DNA of 64,000 nucleotides from Promethearchaeota archaeon. GTDB lineage: Archaea > Asgardarchaeota > Thorarchaeia > Thorarchaeales > Thorarchaeaceae. Location: positions 32,001 through 96,000 of the forward strand of contig WJMJ01000131.1 in assembly GCA_014728035.1 (NCBI GenBank), written 5' to 3'. The notes beneath the pieces are model-generated. The model worked only from the letters and a program-made list of their open reading frames with translations. It did no database searches and was not told the origin of the DNA. Position 1 is the first letter of the stretch. Each line of letters begins with the position of its first letter. The translations under genes were made by a program, and so were the position numbers. Below are positions 30,131-40,491 of this stretch, one piece after another.

Positions 30131-33100
30131 CTAGTCCTTCCTTAGGGGACTAGGCCCTAATTTCTCTGCAAGATCCGATAATTTCTTGACAGTATCAGCC
30201 CAGATTGGGCCTTCACTTGCACTAATCTGAGTGAACTGAAGACGGTCGGGTTCAAGACCTGCTTTTTCTATGATTTTCTTGGCGATTGCATATCGGCGTT
30301 CAAAGGAAACATTTCCATCCACATAATGACAGTCTCCAAAATGACAACCTGAAATCCACACCATATCTGCACCCAATCTAAAAGCTTCAAGAATGTGAGT
30401 TACGCTGACCCGTCCCGTACACATCACTCGTATATCTCGAACGGTTGTAGGTTGTTGAAATCTCGATACACCAGCACTATCCGCCCCAGCATAGCTACAC
30501 CAATTGCAAAGAATGGTAAGAATTCGTGGCTGGCTAGCGGGCATATCCTTCAACGCTGACCGCACCTGTGCAAGAATTTGGTCATCAGTGAAATGTTTCA
30601 TTGTAATTGCACCAGCTGGACACCCAGCTGCACATTTTCCACAACCTTGACAAAGAACAGGATTAGGAACAGCATAATCATGGCTTCCATCTCCAGGAAC
30701 AACTTCAATTGCATTGTATGCACAGTTTATCTCACAAGTTCCACATCCCACACAGACTTCTGGATCAACAACAGAAACAATTGCTTCGGCTCTTCGTATA
30801 CCCCTTGCAAGAGGAATTAGAGCTCTTGCAGCAGCTCCTCGTCCTTGAGCAATCGCCTCATCAATTCCTTTGGGAGCGGTAGCTGTTCCTGCAACATAGA
30901 CCCCATCAGTTTGGAAATCAACAGGACGTAGTTTAGGATGAGCTTCCATAAAGAATCCCGACATGTTAAGTGGAACTTTGAATAATTCAGATAATTCTTT
31001 GTTCTTATCTCGAGGAATCATAGCAGTTGCAAGAACAACATGGTCTACATCCAGATTCAACTGAGCACCAAGAATTTGATCCTCCACTTCAATGTGAACA
31101 GCCTTATCTTTCCCTTTCTTAACCACTGGAGGAGTATCACCATCAAAACGAATGAATACGATTCCCCTCTTTCGCGCCTCACGGTATTTATCCTCAACTG
31201 CATAGGGTACACGAAGATCCCGGTAGAGATGAAATATTCGTGAATTAGGATACTTCTCAAGAAGTTCTAGTGAATGCCCGATAGCTACTGAGCAGCAGAT
31301 TCCTGAACACCATGTCCGAGAACCTTCGAGGGATTCTTTCTCACGAGAGCCAGCACAATGAATGACAGCGAAAGTTTCACCATCTTTGATGTCGTCGCCT
31401 GTTGCAACTCGATTATTAAGTTCGACTTCAGTCATAACCTCTGGAATCTTCTTGAGGCCATACAGACCTTCCTCTTCTAGCTGAGTAGCTCCAGTTGCAA
31501 CAATTACAACTCCAACTTTCAATTCATGCTTTTCTTTTCCGGTTTCTACAACAATATCAAAGTCACCAATAGAACCCTTTGCCTCAACCACTTCAGAGGA
31601 GAGATATAGCTCGATGTTCTCATTTTTCTTTATCAGCTCATCATACTGATTTATTATTTCTGAGGTTGAACGAAAGTCAAAATTGACTGTATGTAAGTCA
31701 TTCAATAATCCGCCAATTTGGTCTTCTTTCTCAACTAGATGGACTTTGTATCCTTTATCAGCAATAAGATTAGCAGCAGTCATTCCTGAGACTCCAGCTC
31801 CAATGACAAGAACAGCTGGTTCAATCTCCGTCACAGCTTCTTCTTGAGGTTCTAATAACCGTGAACGTGCAACAGCCATTCGTACAAGATCCATAGCCTT
31901 GGAAGTTGCCTCGTCTTTAGCACCCTGATGTACCCACGAACAATGCTCACGGATGTTTGCCATCTCAAATAGATACTTGTTTAATCCAGCTTCCTCAATA
32001 GTCGCACGGAAAAGCGGTTCATGTGTTCGAGGAGTACACGATGCGACAACAACACGGTTAAGCTTGTGTTCTTTAATTGCTTCCTTAATCACAACTTGAG
32101 CATCTGATGAGCAGGAATAAAGAAGATTATCTGAATGCACGACATCAGGTAAGGCTCCAGCATATTCTGTAACCTCAGCAACATCCACTGTACCTGCAAT
32201 ATTGATTCCACAAGAACAAATGAATACTCCTACCCGCGGTTCAGCGGTCATTAGTTCTAAATCACTTTCTGTGAGTGCTTCGGTCTCACTCTTGGGTATT
32301 ATAATGTCAAGAGTTGCAAGAGCTGCTGCAGCACTACCTTGAGCGACAGAATCAGGAATATCTTTTGGGCGATTTACGGCTCCACACATCTGGATACCCG
32401 CTACGCCTGTTGACACACTGTCGATTGATTCAGGACCTGATACAAAGCCATAATCATCAACCTCAATCCCGAGTGTTTCTAACAATTCATTATTCTCATT
32501 AGGAATCATTGCTGGACAAAGAACCACCAAATCGTATCTGTCTTCAAGTACATCATGGCCCTTTGCATCACTATGGCGAATCAGTAAATCACGACTCACA
32601 GGATCTTCAAAAATCTCGCTGGGCAATCCCTTGAGATAATTGATACCGTATTCATCCTCACCCCGTACAAGAAACTCCTCAAACCCTTTTCCAAAAGCAC
32701 GCATATCATTGTAAAGAATATCTATCTCAACCTCGGGAGTATGTTCCTTAGTAATTATTGCCTCTTTTGTAGCATAAGTACAACATATCCGAGAGCAGTA
32801 AGCACAATGATTGACATCTCGACTTCCAACACATTGTATGAATGCAATTCTTTGAGGTTCCCTGCCATCAGAGGGACGCATAACAATTCCACCGGTGGGT
32901 CCACTTGCAGACACCATGCGCTCGTATTCTAATGCAGATACAACATTGGGAAATCGGCCATAGCCATATTCTGGAACTGTAGAAGCATCAAGAAGTTTGT
33001 AGCCTGTTGCCAATATTATAGAACCAGCATTAATCTCGACGGTTTCATCAGGCAAGTCGAAATTGATTGCTTCAGCTTTACATGACTTCACACAGGTCAT

Positions 33101-33577
33101 ACACTGAATACAGCTCTCAATGTCAATTGTAGCGATATTTGGTACAGCCTGTGGAAATGGGATGTATGTTGCTTTTCTCATCTTGAGACCCATATCATAC
33201 TCATTGGGCACCTCAATGGGACAGACCCGTTCACAATCGCCACATCCAGTACATTTGTCAGGATTAACACGGCGAGTATGTTTGAGAACAGTGACGGTGA
33301 AATCGCCCTGTTTTCCTTTAACATCAGTAACTTCAGAATATGCTAAGATCTCTATATTTGGATGACGAGAGCAATCGACCATCCACGGACCCATGATACA
33401 CATGCTACAGTCTAATGTAGGAAAGGTCTTGTCAAGTTGTGCCATGTGGCCTCCAATGCTAGGCTCTTTCTCGACCATGTAGACTTTAACGCCCATATCA
33501 GCCAAATCTAGTGCTGCACGAATACCAGCTATTCCAGCACCGATTATGACAACGGGTTTTGCTGAGGCATCTGCCAT
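30131..33577 (-). CDS. hdrA: Tandem HdrA fused to a C-terminal MvhD domain
   Basis: GGHMAQLDKTFPTLDC, two GxGxxG motifs and NIREHCSWVH; C-terminal CNWCSYAGAD...RVMCTGR...GCHFGDCHY is MvhD. Start refined to 33577. Confidence 0.94.
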   Translation of the reverse strand: MADASAKPVVIIGAGIAGIRAALDLADMGVKVYMVEKEPSIGGHMAQLDKTFPTLDCSMCIMGPWMVDCSRHPNIEILAYSEVTDVKGKQGDFTVTVLKHTRRVNPDKCTGCGDCERVCPIEVPNEYDMGLKMRKATYIPFPQAVPNIATIDIESCIQCMTCVKSCKAEAINFDLPDETVEINAGSIILATGYKLLDASTVPEYGYGRFPNVVSALEYERMVSASGPTGGIVMRPSDGREPQRIAFIQCVGSRDVNHCAYCSRICCTYATKEAIITKEHTPEVEIDILYNDMRAFGKGFEEFLVRGEDEYGINYLKGLPSEIFEDPVSRDLLIRHSDAKGHDVLEDRYDLVVLCPAMIPNENNELLETLGIEVDDYGFVSGPESIDSVSTGVAGIQMCGAVNRPKDIPDSVAQGSAAAALATLDIIIPKSETEALTESDLELMTAEPRVGVFICSCGINIAGTVDVAEVTEYAGALPDVVHSDNLLYSCSSDAQVVIKEAIKEHKLNRVVVASCTPRTHEPLFRATIEEAGLNKYLFEMANIREHCSWVHQGAKDEATSKAMDLVRMAVARSRLLEPQEEAVTEIEPAVLVIGAGVSGMTAANLIADKGYKVHLVEKEDQIGGLLNDLHTVNFDFRSTSEIINQYDELIKKNENIELYLSSEVVEAKGSIGDFDIVVETGKEKHELKVGVVIVATGATQLEEEGLYGLKKIPEVMTEVELNNRVATGDDIKDGETFAVIHCAGSREKESLEGSRTWCSGICCSVAIGHSLELLEKYPNSRIFHLYRDLRVPYAVEDKYREARKRGIVFIRFDGDTPPVVKKGKDKAVHIEVEDQILGAQLNLDVDHVVLATAMIPRDKNKELSELFKVPLNMSGFFMEAHPKLRPVDFQTDGVYVAGTATAPKGIDEAIAQGRGAAARALIPLARGIRRAEAIVSVVDPEVCVGCGTCEINCAYNAIEVVPGDGSHDYAVPNPVLCQGCGKCAAGCPAGAITMKHFTDDQILAQVRSALKDMPASQPRILTILCNWCSYAGADSAGVSRFQQPTTVRDIRVMCTGRVSVTHILEAFRLGADMVWISGCHFGDCHYVDGNVSFERRYAIAKKIIEKAGLEPDRLQFTQISASEGPIWADTVKKLSDLAEKLGPSPLRKD

Positions 33578-33835
33578 ATTGCGTTCACTCCGGGTGATAT
33601 GGAGCAAAATCAAACTGAATGATAAAACGTTTGTTGTTCGACAATTTCATTGAGAAATCGGACACAATCAAACAAGCCGCCATTATGGAAATGTAAAACA
33701 GTTATGAGGTTAGAATGAATAATTTTGAAGCGTCTTAAATGATTTAGAAGTATTTAATGCGTTATTAATCGTTTAAAATATTCAGCAAATAACTATTTCT
33801 AATTGTCATTAAATATATTCTTGAGAAGCATATTC

Positions 33836-35131
33836 ATGGTGAAATATTTGAAAAGACCAAGCCACCTTGAAAAGAAACTCATGCTTGTTATGGTTTTACT
33901 ACTTCTAACTTCTGTGGTTTTCGTCGGAGCTCAGACAGATGATGATGACGATGATGAAACAGAAGAACAAGATGAGTATGAAGAAGAACACGAACCGGAA
34001 ATAGATAGAGATGATGACGGAACTGCCTGGATTCAAACTGATGTGATGACAGTGATGCTGGATTCAGAAGAACCATCCTATCAATTCTGGTATACAGGAG
34101 ATGCTAATGGCACACAATCCAGATTTCGAGTCAGTTATCTAGCAGTAGTTGAGTTCAATGACACTAATGGTGATGGTGTATTCCAAGCCAATGAGACTAT
34201 CGCATTTGTACCCCTTGAGGCATTCTCATGGAGCATTCAGACAGGATCTGTGACTGATGAACTAGGTCATACAACTGAAGTCTATGCAACCTACATAAAG
34301 GCTGGACTTACAGGAGAAGATTGGGATGATGATTGGTACGAAGATTGGTTACCAGGTTATTCCAATGATGATTTCGATGATGAAGACGATGATGATGATG
34401 ATAGTTATTCAGAAGAGGAAGATGGAGATCTCAACCTAACACAATACGAAGAGATGAATCTCCAATTCTATGCACACCTTTACCTTGAGAACTATTCTGG
34501 AACAGTAGAAGATGATGAAGGAGTCAAGGCAAACTATACAGTAACTGGAGGAGTAGAACTAAAAATTGACATAGAAATCGGAAACTTCCCCTTCCTCAGA
34601 AATGACTCCAAGATCGCAATCTTGAACTTCCTACAAGAAGATATTGCATCAGACGAGTCAAGAAATCATCGGTTTAGAATGCATGAAGACGATGACGACC
34701 ATGAATATGAATCCGAGGACGAATGGGATGATACGGACGAACTCGGAGAAGAGTTTGACGAGGTTGATGAAGATGAGGATTACGAGTCTGATGATGTTCA
34801 AGGTCTATCATTTGAAGAAGCCTCAACGAACGAAACCATGGCATTTTACAAATGGTTAGATAAAGCAGTAATGACCTTGCCAGATTCCTCAAAGCAATCT
34901 GTGGATGTTGGGGCATCATATTGGACAAATGGAGAAGGGCTTCTCCTCTTCTTCGCATATCCGAACTTCGATGGGGGTTCTTTACTTCATGACCCATCAA
35001 TCGTACTTAGAGACGATATTGCATCAAGGCTAACATTCAGCATTCCGATAAACATCCAAACTGTAGCAGTAATAGGAGTCACAGTAGTATCATTATCTGC
35101 AATTGCAGTTTTTCTGAAGAGAAGAAAATAA
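33836..35131 (+). CDS. Highly acidic secreted protein with C-terminal TM anchor
   Basis: Signal peptide, Asp/Glu tracts, a DTNGDG Ca-binding-like motif, and a TM followed by KRRK. Confidence 0.8.
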   Translation: MVKYLKRPSHLEKKLMLVMVLLLLTSVVFVGAQTDDDDDDETEEQDEYEEEHEPEIDRDDDGTAWIQTDVMTVMLDSEEPSYQFWYTGDANGTQSRFRVSYLAVVEFNDTNGDGVFQANETIAFVPLEAFSWSIQTGSVTDELGHTTEVYATYIKAGLTGEDWDDDWYEDWLPGYSNDDFDDEDDDDDDSYSEEEDGDLNLTQYEEMNLQFYAHLYLENYSGTVEDDEGVKANYTVTGGVELKIDIEIGNFPFLRNDSKIAILNFLQEDIASDESRNHRFRMHEDDDDHEYESEDEWDDTDELGEEFDEVDEDEDYESDDVQGLSFEEASTNETMAFYKWLDKAVMTLPDSSKQSVDVGASYWTNGEGLLLFFAYPNFDGGSLLHDPSIVLRDDIASRLTFSIPINIQTVAVIGVTVVSLSAIAVFLKRRK

Positions 35132-35138
35132 TCTAAAA

Positions 35139-35170
35139 GAGGGATTCAATATCCCTCCAATTCTTTTTTT
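35139..35170 (+). terminator. Hairpin plus T-tract
   Basis: GAGGGAT-TCAAT-ATCCCTC followed by a TTCTTTTTTT tract. Confidence 0.65.
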
Positions 35171-35202
35171 ACAGAAAAAGGTAAATGTAAAGAGGTAAGA
35201 CT

Positions 35203-36228
35203 ATGGCATCGAGTTCGAGAGCAAGATATGTACTATTGGTATTTTTCATATCTATCACTGTCATTAGCTCTTATAATCAACCTATCAATGCATATGCATC
35301 ATCAGATGTCAAGCTTAGCAATGTGGACATGGTAATTAAGAACTTGAATGATGGAGCTAGTTGGATAAATTATTCAGCTCATGCAACCAATGTACAACTT
35401 GATGCGATAGATAAGATAGATCTACGCTTTGACCTAAGAGATATCAATATGGTTGAAAGTACAATCCAAGGAAATCAAGTTGCTGCTACAACCACAATCA
35501 ACGAAAGATATAGCATAGTCACACTTACACTAGCTGATTCTTTGATTCATAATAATGCAGTTGAAATTAATCTGTATTTTAGTACTAATGAGATTCACGA
35601 ACAAATTGGAACAGATGAAGACAACTCGATTATACTTAACGAGGCAATCTATTACTTCAGACCAGGAGCTGCGGTGGAGAATCTTACTCTTTCAATGATT
35701 CTACCGGAGTATTCCCTGCTTAGTTGTAGTTGTGCTTCACCAGTATTTCCAAAACCTGATAAAAACTATACAGATGGCAGAAGGATCGCTTTTGTATGGA
35801 AGAAGAATCTCCTTCTACCAGGACAAGAAATAGCATATATTGTAAAATACAATACTCCAATATCCATAACATCTCAAGAAGAGTTGGTATTAATCAACTT
35901 GGTCTATCTTGGACTAGGAGGGATGATGGGAGTTATTTCGATGATTATTCTCCACCATTATGCGATCCTGCCATACCAAAAGAGTCGGGATTGTATTGAA
36001 AACACGGTAGTAGTTTCCAGTCATGAGAAAATGGTGTTGGACTATATCAGAAAGAGAGGTGGCTCATGTTCTCAACGAGATATCTATCGTGAACTGGGAC
36101 TCTCTCAATCCATGGCCAGTATGGTACTTACAAATCTTGAAGAACGAAAAATAGTAAAACGAATACGAAAAGGGAGAGAAAACAAAGTACATCTATTAGA
36201 CAATCTTGATGAGGGAATTACCAGGTGA
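35203..36228 (+). CDS. Membrane-tethered regulator: extracellular domain, TM and C-terminal MarR-like wHTH
   Basis: N-terminal signal, one TM, then EKMVLDYIRKRGG..QRDIYRELGLSQSMASMVLTNLEERKIV.R.RKGREN. Confidence 0.82.
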   Translation: MASSSRARYVLLVFFISITVISSYNQPINAYASSDVKLSNVDMVIKNLNDGASWINYSAHATNVQLDAIDKIDLRFDLRDINMVESTIQGNQVAATTTINERYSIVTLTLADSLIHNNAVEINLYFSTNEIHEQIGTDEDNSIILNEAIYYFRPGAAVENLTLSMILPEYSLLSCSCASPVFPKPDKNYTDGRRIAFVWKKNLLLPGQEIAYIVKYNTPISITSQEELVLINLVYLGLGGMMGVISMIILHHYAILPYQKSRDCIENTVVVSSHEKMVLDYIRKRGGSCSQRDIYRELGLSQSMASMVLTNLEERKIVKRIRKGRENKVHLLDNLDEGITR

Positions 36229-36398
36229 AGTTAAATATCACCAAACCACAAAATATAGAGAGAGAGGATGAAAGCGGTAAGACTGTTTACAAAGGCATAT
36301 CTAGCTAGAAATAAAACAAGAACAAATAATCGAGAGATTGAAGACTTCTCAGAAATAGAAGTTCAACCTCAAGATATCTCAAAGGAAAGATTGGATAC

Positions 36399-37322
36399 CT
36401 AACCTTCTGTTTTTATACCAAGCCGTTCCCAGTTTGGCTGGTTTTTCCGTATGGCATATTGGAGATGTGTAGTAAGACCAAATTCATCAGGTTCGTGACC
36501 AAAAGCAAGAGCAAGTAGTTCAACCACATGCAGTACATCAAAATGAAATTCCACATCGAAGTGTTTCTGAATTTCTACCTGACCCAAGTCTAGTTGTAGT
36601 TCACAGAATGGACAGGGAGTAACAATGATATCAGCACCGCCAGCATCCATTATGCTTTCGAATTTCTGCTTGGTAAAATCAAGTGCGACTTTTACATCTG
36701 CTGTCCGAACCGCACCACCTGCACCACAACAGATCAATTCATCTTTGTATGGAACATATTCAGCTCCAGCAGCTTCACATATTTCACGGAAGATATGTGG
36801 ATTTTCTGAATCGTCTTTCTTTTTGATGGCTTTTGGACGCATCCAGTGGCAACCGGGATGGAGAGCCATTCGTACACCTTTAAGAGGGCGTTCAACCCGC
36901 TTCTTGATTTTCTCGATACCAGCTGTGGAGTAGAGTGCATCAACATAATGAGTGACTTCAATAGTTCCTTTGAACTCACGACCAATCTCAGCTAGATTTT
37001 CATTTACTGCTGCTCTCAAAGCATCATCATGTTTGAGCTCATGATTGGCATCCCAAAGACTGGCAAAACATCCATTGCATCCAGTCGTAATAGGAACTCC
37101 TACAGCTTCAGCAATTGTAAGATTTCTTGCTGAAACACTTGCCCATGTGACTCTATCAAAAGAACCGAATACGCCAGGCGCAGGACAACAGGTTGCACCC
37201 TCCATATCTAGCAATTCCATGCCAAGATCTTCAAACACAATTTTAGCCGCGCTCTCAATACTGGGATACCGGTGAGGGATTATACAACCTAGAAAATGCA
37301 TGAATTGAGGTTTCTTTGCCAT
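36399..37322 (-). CDS. hdrB: Heterodisulfide reductase subunit B
   Basis: FLGCIIP.RYP, CCPAPG, GCNGC, HPGCH, CCGAGG and CPFC motifs. Confidence 0.94.
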   Translation of the reverse strand: MAKKPQFMHFLGCIIPHRYPSIESAAKIVFEDLGMELLDMEGATCCPAPGVFGSFDRVTWASVSARNLTIAEAVGVPITTGCNGCFASLWDANHELKHDDALRAAVNENLAEIGREFKGTIEVTHYVDALYSTAGIEKIKKRVERPLKGVRMALHPGCHWMRPKAIKKKDDSENPHIFREICEAAGAEYVPYKDELICCGAGGAVRTADVKVALDFTKQKFESIMDAGGADIIVTPCPFCELQLDLGQVEIQKHFDVEFHFDVLHVVELLALAFGHEPDEFGLTTHLQYAIRKNQPNWERLGIKTEG

Positions 37323-37325
37323 TGA

Positions 37326-37868
37326 TTACTCCTCCTTGTCCTCCACAAGCTTGTCAAAGCCACTTTTCTTTGCCATTTTCATAATCTCTTCTATGGCTTC
37401 GGGATGGCTACTAGCATTTGGAGGAATTGGTTCGAGACCTACTTTTTCTCGGAGCTTTTGCCAAGACTCCTTATCCAATGGAACAGCATGACCAGTTTCC
37501 AGAACTTTCACTGCGACTTTTTGGTGTGGGGTCAGCATATAACCCTCCTGAACAGCAATATTACGTATTGCCTTTATTACATCAGTAGGCTTAACATCTT
37601 GGGGACAGCGATCTGTACAAGTATAACAAGTTGTACAATACCACAACTCTGGTGCGGATATCACTTCTTCTTTCAAACCCATAAGGGCTTTTCTAATAAT
37701 ACCTCTAACAAGATAGTTCGTTCTGGCTCCAGCAGGACAGCTTCCACTGCACGTGCCACATTGATAGCACGACTGAATATTGGGACCTCCGGTCTGCTTA
37801 ATTAACTCGATAAATTCTTTATCAGGCTCGGAAATCACAACAGTAGGTTTTTCCTCAGTACTGGTCAA
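37326..37868 (-). CDS. hdrC: Heterodisulfide reductase subunit C
   Basis: CYQCGTCSGSCP, WYCTTCYTCTDRCP and TGHAVP motifs; TTG start. Confidence 0.94.
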   Translation of the reverse strand: MTSTEEKPTVVISEPDKEFIELIKQTGGPNIQSCYQCGTCSGSCPAGARTNYLVRGIIRKALMGLKEEVISAPELWYCTTCYTCTDRCPQDVKPTDVIKAIRNIAVQEGYMLTPHQKVAVKVLETGHAVPLDKESWQKLREKVGLEPIPPNASSHPEAIEEIMKMAKKSGFDKLVEDKEE

Positions 37869-38034
37869 TGTAATCCACCGATAGTTGAGCCATCAAATCC
37901 AGCACTTAAATCCGTTGCCAAATACACCAATTTTTCCAGAGAATTAGCAAAACAATCTAAATTGCCATAACTGAAACTATACATATAAATGAGCCAAATA
38001 ATCGTGAGTTATCAACGGACTCAGAGGTCTTCCA

Positions 38035-38589
38035 ATGACTGATTCAATCAGCAGAGAAACAATAGACTCAGAGGACATCGATCCAACTTTCGTAGACAAG
38101 ATTGTTGAAGCAGGTGCTGATAGAATACGTACCTGTATTCAGTGCGGAACATGTTCAAGTGTATGCCCAAGTGGCAGAAGAACCGCATTCCGTACTCGTG
38201 AACTGATGAGAAAGGCGCTACTTGGTCTCAAAGAAGAAGTATTGAGCAGCCCTGATCTCTGGCTTTGTGCCACTTGTCTTACATGTCTTGAGAGATGCCC
38301 ACGACAGATCAAAGTGACTGACGCAATTGTGATTATGCGTAACATGGCTGTGAAAGAGGGCTTTATGCTTCCTCAGCACAGAAAAGCTTCCAAAAAACTC
38401 ATTCAGACAGGACATGCTGTGCCTATAGATGAAGCAAACCAAGAGATGAGAAAGGAGCTTGGGCTTCAAGAAATACCACCCACAGTCCATTCACATAAAG
38501 ATGCTTTGCAAGATGTCAAGAGAATTATGGAAGAAACCGGGTTCAACGAACTCATTGAGGGTACTGAAAAGGAGATGGATTCAAAATGA
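38035..38589 (+). CDS. hdrC: Heterodisulfide reductase subunit C
   Basis: CIQCGTCSSVCPSGRRT, WLCATCLTCLERCPR and TGHAVP motifs. Confidence 0.94.
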   Translation: MTDSISRETIDSEDIDPTFVDKIVEAGADRIRTCIQCGTCSSVCPSGRRTAFRTRELMRKALLGLKEEVLSSPDLWLCATCLTCLERCPRQIKVTDAIVIMRNMAVKEGFMLPQHRKASKKLIQTGHAVPIDEANQEMRKELGLQEIPPTVHSHKDALQDVKRIMEETGFNELIEGTEKEMDSK

Positions 38590-39482
38590 CTGAATCAAAG
38601 AAGTATTCATTTTTCTTAGGTTGCGTGATGCCCAATAGATTCCCCAACGCCGAAAAATCCATCCGCACAGTTATGCCGGAGTTAGGTGTCCAGTTGGAAG
38701 ACCTTCAAGGGGCAAGCTGTTGTCCAGCACCAGGAGTAATCAGGTCATTCAATGAACCAACTTGGTTAGCATTAGCATCGAGAAACATAGCTCTTGCCGA
38801 GATGCAAGGCAACGATATCGTTACTGGCTGTAACGGTTGTTATGGAACATTCAAAGAGGCTCTTAATATCATTCGGGAGAATCCCGAGAAACTCAAGGAA
38901 GTACAAAGGATTCTAAAGAAATCTAAAATCAAGTACAAAGGAGAAGCTGAGGCAAAACATATTCTAGAACTTATCTTGGAAGTTCCTCCAGAAGAGTTTC
39001 AGAAGAAAGTGAAAAAACCACTAGAAGGACTTAGAGTGGCAGTCCATTATGGTTGTCATCTCCTCAAACCAAGTAAGTTACGACCGTGGGAGAAAACTCA
39101 GAGACATAAATTCCTTGATTCTCTAGTAGAACTGACGGGAGCTGAAAGTGTCAAATATAAAGACAAATACATGTGTTGTGGAGCTGGTGGCGGAGTTAGA
39201 GGAAGCAATGTACCAGTTTCAGTCGACATTGCCAAAGAAAAGCTCGACAATATGTTAGATGCCCAAGCTGATATCTTGATAAATGCGTGTTCATTCTGTC
39301 ATCTTCAATTTGAAGTTACCCAAGCACAGCTAAACAAAGAGCTGGGAGAGAAAAAGTATCAATTACCAGTATTCTATATCACTCAGCTTTTGGGTCTAGC
39401 AATGGGTATCGACCCAGATGAGCTAGGACTACACAAACATGTCGTAAGTACGCAAGAAATTATTGACCGTATTTTGGAATAA
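38586..39482 (+). CDS. hdrB: Heterodisulfide reductase subunit B
   Basis: FLGCVMPNRFP, CCPAPG, HYGCH, CCGAGGG and CSFCH motifs. Confidence 0.94.
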   Translation: MTESKKYSFFLGCVMPNRFPNAEKSIRTVMPELGVQLEDLQGASCCPAPGVIRSFNEPTWLALASRNIALAEMQGNDIVTGCNGCYGTFKEALNIIRENPEKLKEVQRILKKSKIKYKGEAEAKHILELILEVPPEEFQKKVKKPLEGLRVAVHYGCHLLKPSKLRPWEKTQRHKFLDSLVELTGAESVKYKDKYMCCGAGGGVRGSNVPVSVDIAKEKLDNMLDAQADILINACSFCHLQFEVTQAQLNKELGEKKYQLPVFYITQLLGLAMGIDPDELGLHKHVVSTQEIIDRILE

Positions 39483-39500
39483 TATTGGTATGAAAGTGGT

Positions 39501-40439
39501 TTAGAACCACTTTCTTGCCACATAATATACTACTATAGCCATGATTCCACTTGATATAATCGCTGCAACAATAAAAGCAGCAGTAATCACATCAGGAGAG
39601 GTAGTAGTTGGGGTTGTACTGGTTGTAGTAGTGGTTGTTTCCGTAGTAGTCGGGGTTATGATAACATCTCCAGCAATGAATGATTCAGAGGTGTCATAAT
39701 TGGAATAAATACCATCTGTAACGCGTACCCGGATTCTATATGTGTCATTCTTTATCAAGCCGGTGGTATTCCATTCAAGTGACATATTCGATAAATCCTG
39801 GGCAATTTCTTGATAGCTTTGACCAGAATCAGATGATAGAAAAACATCAAATGTGAGTGTTTCAGCAATATTTGGATCTGTTGCAGTCCAAGAGATGACG
39901 TTAACACCCGTCCATATCGAACTTCCAGTAGGAGTTAGTAAACTGACACTGGGTACAAAGAAATTTCCAATGAAAATGTCAGAGAACAATTCTGATATTG
40001 CAGTACCATTCGTTAACCAAGCGGTAACATTTACTACGCATGTAGCATTATTTCCTAAAGAACGAGTATCGATTGTTATGGATTCTGATAAGGATTCGTT
40101 GTTCAAAGTGATGGGTATGGCAGGAGCATGCACTTCTATACTAGTATTATCAATCAGAGCACTTGGGACCCATTCTGCAAGTAGTATTACGTGGTCACCA
40201 GAGATGTGTGCACCTGAAGAGATAGGGGTAGGTGTTGTGTTCCAAAGGGAGTAGTAAGATAATGTGACCTGAGGTTCGTCTGCAGCAAAGATATGAGTTG
40301 CATTCCGGGGAGAAAAAGAAGTAGCAGAAACGAATAGAGGCATCATACAGAGATATACTAAAAGTACAACTGAGAAGATTGTTTGAATGGAGATACACAT
40401 TTCGTGTCCATTTTTTATCCGTATACTTCTCGAATTCAT
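39501..40439 (-). CDS. Cell-surface protein (Ig/FN3-like domains, Thr-rich linker, C-terminal TM)
   Basis: Signal peptide, ISW..TD...WNTT...YRIRVRVTDG, a poly-Thr linker and a TM ending in RKWF. Confidence 0.8.
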   Translation of the reverse strand: MNSRSIRIKNGHEMCISIQTIFSVVLLVYLCMMPLFVSATSFSPRNATHIFAADEPQVTLSYYSLWNTTPTPISSGAHISGDHVILLAEWVPSALIDNTSIEVHAPAIPITLNNESLSESITIDTRSLGNNATCVVNVTAWLTNGTAISELFSDIFIGNFFVPSVSLLTPTGSSIWTGVNVISWTATDPNIAETLTFDVFLSSDSGQSYQEIAQDLSNMSLEWNTTGLIKNDTYRIRVRVTDGIYSNYDTSESFIAGDVIITPTTTETTTTTTSTTPTTTSPDVITAAFIVAAIISSGIMAIVVYYVARKWF

Positions 40440-40491
40440 TTTTTGTTCATCTTACCTTTGTTTTTTTTTACACATAGTTCTAGTCATAGAA

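Noticed and set aside
15790-39482. Selenocysteine (UGA) recoding in HdrA, MvhD or hydrogenase genes
   Set aside because: All these ORFs are full length, with Cys at the positions where Sec occurs in homologues. No in-frame UGA is needed.
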